A stretch of DNA of 64,000 bases from a virus. The stretch spans positions 26,297-90,296 of IMG/VR virus record IMGVR_UViG_3300003323_001142. One strand, written 5' to 3'. Positions within the stretch are counted from its first letter, which is position 1, and every line of letters begins with the position of its first letter. The notes under the pieces were generated by a model. It saw nothing but the letters and a program-made list of their open reading frames with translations. It was not told the DNA's origin and did no database searches. Below are positions 61,789 to 64,000 of this stretch, in pieces. Made by a program: the position numbers and the translations under genes.

Positions 61789-63066
61789 ATGCCCGCCCCC
61801 GCCTTCGCCCGCGTCCTCGTCTCGCTGAACGGCGGGCCCCAGCAGACCGGCGACGTGGTCGCGCTCAACGGGGACGTGGTCCAGCTCTCTGCGCAGAGCG
61901 TCGCGGGATTCGACAAGTACCGCTGGGAAGTCTACAGCTACCCATCCGGGTGGAGTACCCCGGCCGGCTGGAATCTCGATAGCAGCACCGGCATCGTCTT
62001 CTCGACCGCGCTGTCGCCGCCTTCGTTCACGCTTCCAGCGCTCCCGCTATGGGGTAAGTGGCTCACGCGGCTCCTTATCAACGAGGCGCTCAGCAACGAC
62101 GAGGCGCGCGATCCGTCGCTGGGGCTGAACGACGAGTCCACGATCGTCAACGTCCTGTCTCCGAACAACCTGCGCGACACCGCAGGTCAGGAGACGACGC
62201 AGGCGGATGCCTTCCGAGGCTTCGTCGGAGACATTGCCCGCAACTGGCGGGTCATCGACGCGGCTCTCAGCGGCTTCAGCCCGATCGGTACGCTGACGCC
62301 GGGCCCGGGCAATACGCTTTTCGTCAACAACCCGGCCGGCAGCGCGGTCATCAATGCGCTGCTCGTCGACGCGAACGTCTCCGCGATCGCGGCCATCGCC
62401 GGGACCAAGATCTCTCCCAACTTCGGCCCCCAGGCCGTCGCCACCACCGGCACCCTCTCCGCCGGCAGCACCACCGTCTCCGCCCTCACCGTCGGCTCCC
62501 TCTCCGGCATCCTCCACGCCGCATCCGGCGTCATCTCCGCGAGCCCGGTCAGCCTCACCGCGGACGTTTCTGGGATTCTTCCGCCTCCCAACGGCGGCAC
62601 CGGACTCAGCGCCGTAGTGACCGGTCTCCTCGTCGGCAACGGTTCAACGTACTCAGGCGTCACCGCCCCCGACACCCGCATCCCCTTCTGGTCCAGCAAC
62701 ACCCTCAGCTCGAGCTCCGGCCTCACGTTCGCCAGTAGCACCCTCTCGGTCACCAACGTCACGATCGCGACGGCGCTGACCCTCTCCGCGCTCGCAGCAA
62801 CGAATGGCCCGCTCTACATCACCGGCGGCGTCGTCGGCGTCGGCCCAGGGGGCGCCGATGCCGCGACCAACATCAACGTCGCCGACCGGACCGCGCTCGC
62901 CAATCGCGACACCGCGAACCTACTCGACGGCTCCCTCGCCATCGTGCGTTCGCCAGTGTCGGAATACCAACTCGTCAAAACCAGCACGACGACGCCGGAC
63001 GGCTTCAGCTTCATTGCGGCCAAGAACGGCGGCGGAACGCTCGGTAACTGGATCCTGACCGACTGA
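61789..63066 (+). CDS. Tail fibre protein
   Basis: DANVSAIAAIAGTKISPNFG; VSGILPPPNGGTG fibre repeats. Confidence 0.8.
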   Translation: MPAPAFARVLVSLNGGPQQTGDVVALNGDVVQLSAQSVAGFDKYRWEVYSYPSGWSTPAGWNLDSSTGIVFSTALSPPSFTLPALPLWGKWLTRLLINEALSNDEARDPSLGLNDESTIVNVLSPNNLRDTAGQETTQADAFRGFVGDIARNWRVIDAALSGFSPIGTLTPGPGNTLFVNNPAGSAVINALLVDANVSAIAAIAGTKISPNFGPQAVATTGTLSAGSTTVSALTVGSLSGILHAASGVISASPVSLTADVSGILPPPNGGTGLSAVVTGLLVGNGSTYSGVTAPDTRIPFWSSNTLSSSSGLTFASSTLSVTNVTIATALTLSALAATNGPLYITGGVVGVGPGGADAATNINVADRTALANRDTANLLDGSLAIVRSPVSEYQLVKTSTTTPDGFSFIAAKNGGGTLGNWILTD

Positions 63067-63266
63067 TGGCATCGCCCCCGACGACTTCTACCCCCTGCCA
63101 CGGCTGCGGGAGGACGGCCGCGGACTGCCCGCCGGACGAGCGCGAGATGTGGTTTCCGATCACGGACGCGAAGGGCAATCTCCGCTGGTATTGCCACCAC
63201 CACAACGTCTCGCCCGAGATGCAGGCGAGGCAGAAGATCGCGCTGAGGTACCACGATGGGGCTTAG
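63066..63266 (+). CDS. Small Cys/His-rich (Zn-binding) protein
   Basis: TGATG coupling; CHGC..WYCHHH. Confidence 0.55.
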   Translation: MASPPTTSTPCHGCGRTAADCPPDEREMWFPITDAKGNLRWYCHHHNVSPEMQARQKIALRYHDGA

Positions 63267-64000
63267 CCGTTATTACATGCGGCAACCCAAGTGGTACATG
63301 GACCCGCAGAACGCGACCACGTTTGCCAATAACTCGAACAGCGGTGTCGATGCAGCGCATCCGATTCGAGACGACGACGAGCGTGTCCGTCGTATGGGCA
63401 TCGGACCCTACTGGAACGCAGGCGCCTACGACATCTATTACCTGTCGGACGTTCCCGCCAACCAAGAAGTGCGCTTCGATGGTGACCGCGCATCCAATTC
63501 TTCGATCCGCATCCACGGCTCCGCCACGGCAGGTCAGGGCCAATCGACCATCTACAGCGGCACGATCAACACATTAACCCCGCTGAACCGGGCCACGAAC
63601 CAGCCGTACGAGATCGTGTCGAACGGGCTCGCCACGACGTGGTCTGCAGCGGGTGCGTTGAACCACCGGATCCGGATGACGAGCGGTGTCGCCGGCGCCA
63701 AGGCGTGGCCGATCAAGGATCTTGGCTCAAAACGCGCCCGGATCTCCCAGTTCACCCAAGCGAACAACTACGTCGTCCCATTCGCGTCGTCGACCACGTC
63801 CGCGATCCCGTCTGCCTCCAATACCTTCGTCGTGGAGAAGCTCACAGCGATCCCGAACTTCCACTGGAGCATCACCGCGAGCGATGACTTCAGTGTGAAC
63901 TTCGGCACGAGCTACGAGCCGAATGTGATCGAGAGCCTCGACATCGGTGCTGGGAACCTGACGCTGACCGGCTCCGATTGGATCACGTTCGACGGGTGCG
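63256..64000 (+). CDS. Tail fibre/tailspike-like protein, partial (not in ORF track; runs off right end)
   Basis: Frame read by eye is open from ATG 63256 to the window end: WYMDPQN..NNSNSG..AAHP N-terminal motif, Thr/Ser/Asn-rich. Confidence 0.75.
   Translation, partial: MGLSRYYMRQPKWYMDPQNATTFANNSNSGVDAAHPIRDDDERVRRMGIGPYWNAGAYDIYYLSDVPANQEVRFDGDRASNSSIRIHGSATAGQGQSTIYSGTINTLTPLNRATNQPYEIVSNGLATTWSAAGALNHRIRMTSGVAGAKAWPIKDLGSKRARISQFTQANNYVVPFASSTTSAIPSASNTFVVEKLTAIPNFHWSITASDDFSVNFGTSYEPNVIESLDIGAGNLTLTGSDWITFDGC

Larger units (their letters stand above)
1..64000. mobile_element. Temperate phage/prophage (Mu-like myovirus morphogenesis, lambdoid immunity and replication); both ends lie outside the window
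   Basis: Continuous phage gene order: repressor/cro switch, replication, terminase-portal-protease-capsid-sheath-tube-TMP-baseplate-fibre. No host housekeeping genes seen. Confidence 0.95.

Noticed and set aside
1-64000. Transposase/MuB, integrase, reverse transcriptase (DGR), holin/endolysin
   Set aside because: No DDE, tyrosine/serine recombinase, RT (YxDD) or lysin motifs were recognised in any ORF; they may lie outside the window

Overview
The whole 64 kb window reads as one temperate phage or prophage genome segment. It is high-GC; a Myxococcota/Polyangia host is inferred from myxobacterial-style lipoprotein, GYF_2 and wHTH genes. From left to right: (1) a leftward early arm of small genes including a DEDDh exonuclease; (2) a lambda-like immunity switch (promoter PL, degenerate ImmA-like gene, XRE repressor, promoter PR, cro); (3) a long rightward early/middle operon encoding an HNH-sigma4 fusion, a T4 Rnl1-type RNA ligase, two LexA DNA-binding-domain-only proteins, a SAM methyltransferase, DUF2303, two DNA methyltransferases, DUF559, a replication initiator carrying palindromic iterons, a DnaC/IstB-like loader, a DnaA C-terminal-domain protein, RusA, a TPM-like/LemA-like membrane pair and a 628-aa multidomain sigma-70 factor; (4) an accessory zone of small ORFs; (5) a near-complete Mu-like contractile-tail morphogenesis module from terminase to baseplate, with a -1 frameshift in the tail chaperone; (6) a P22 immI-like cassette (membrane morons, RHH repressor, antirepressor) inserted between tail-fibre genes; (7) tail-fibre genes running off the right end. 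No integrase, transposase, lysis gene, tRNA or CRISPR array was recognised in the window. All protein family calls come from motif recognition by eye, not from database searches.
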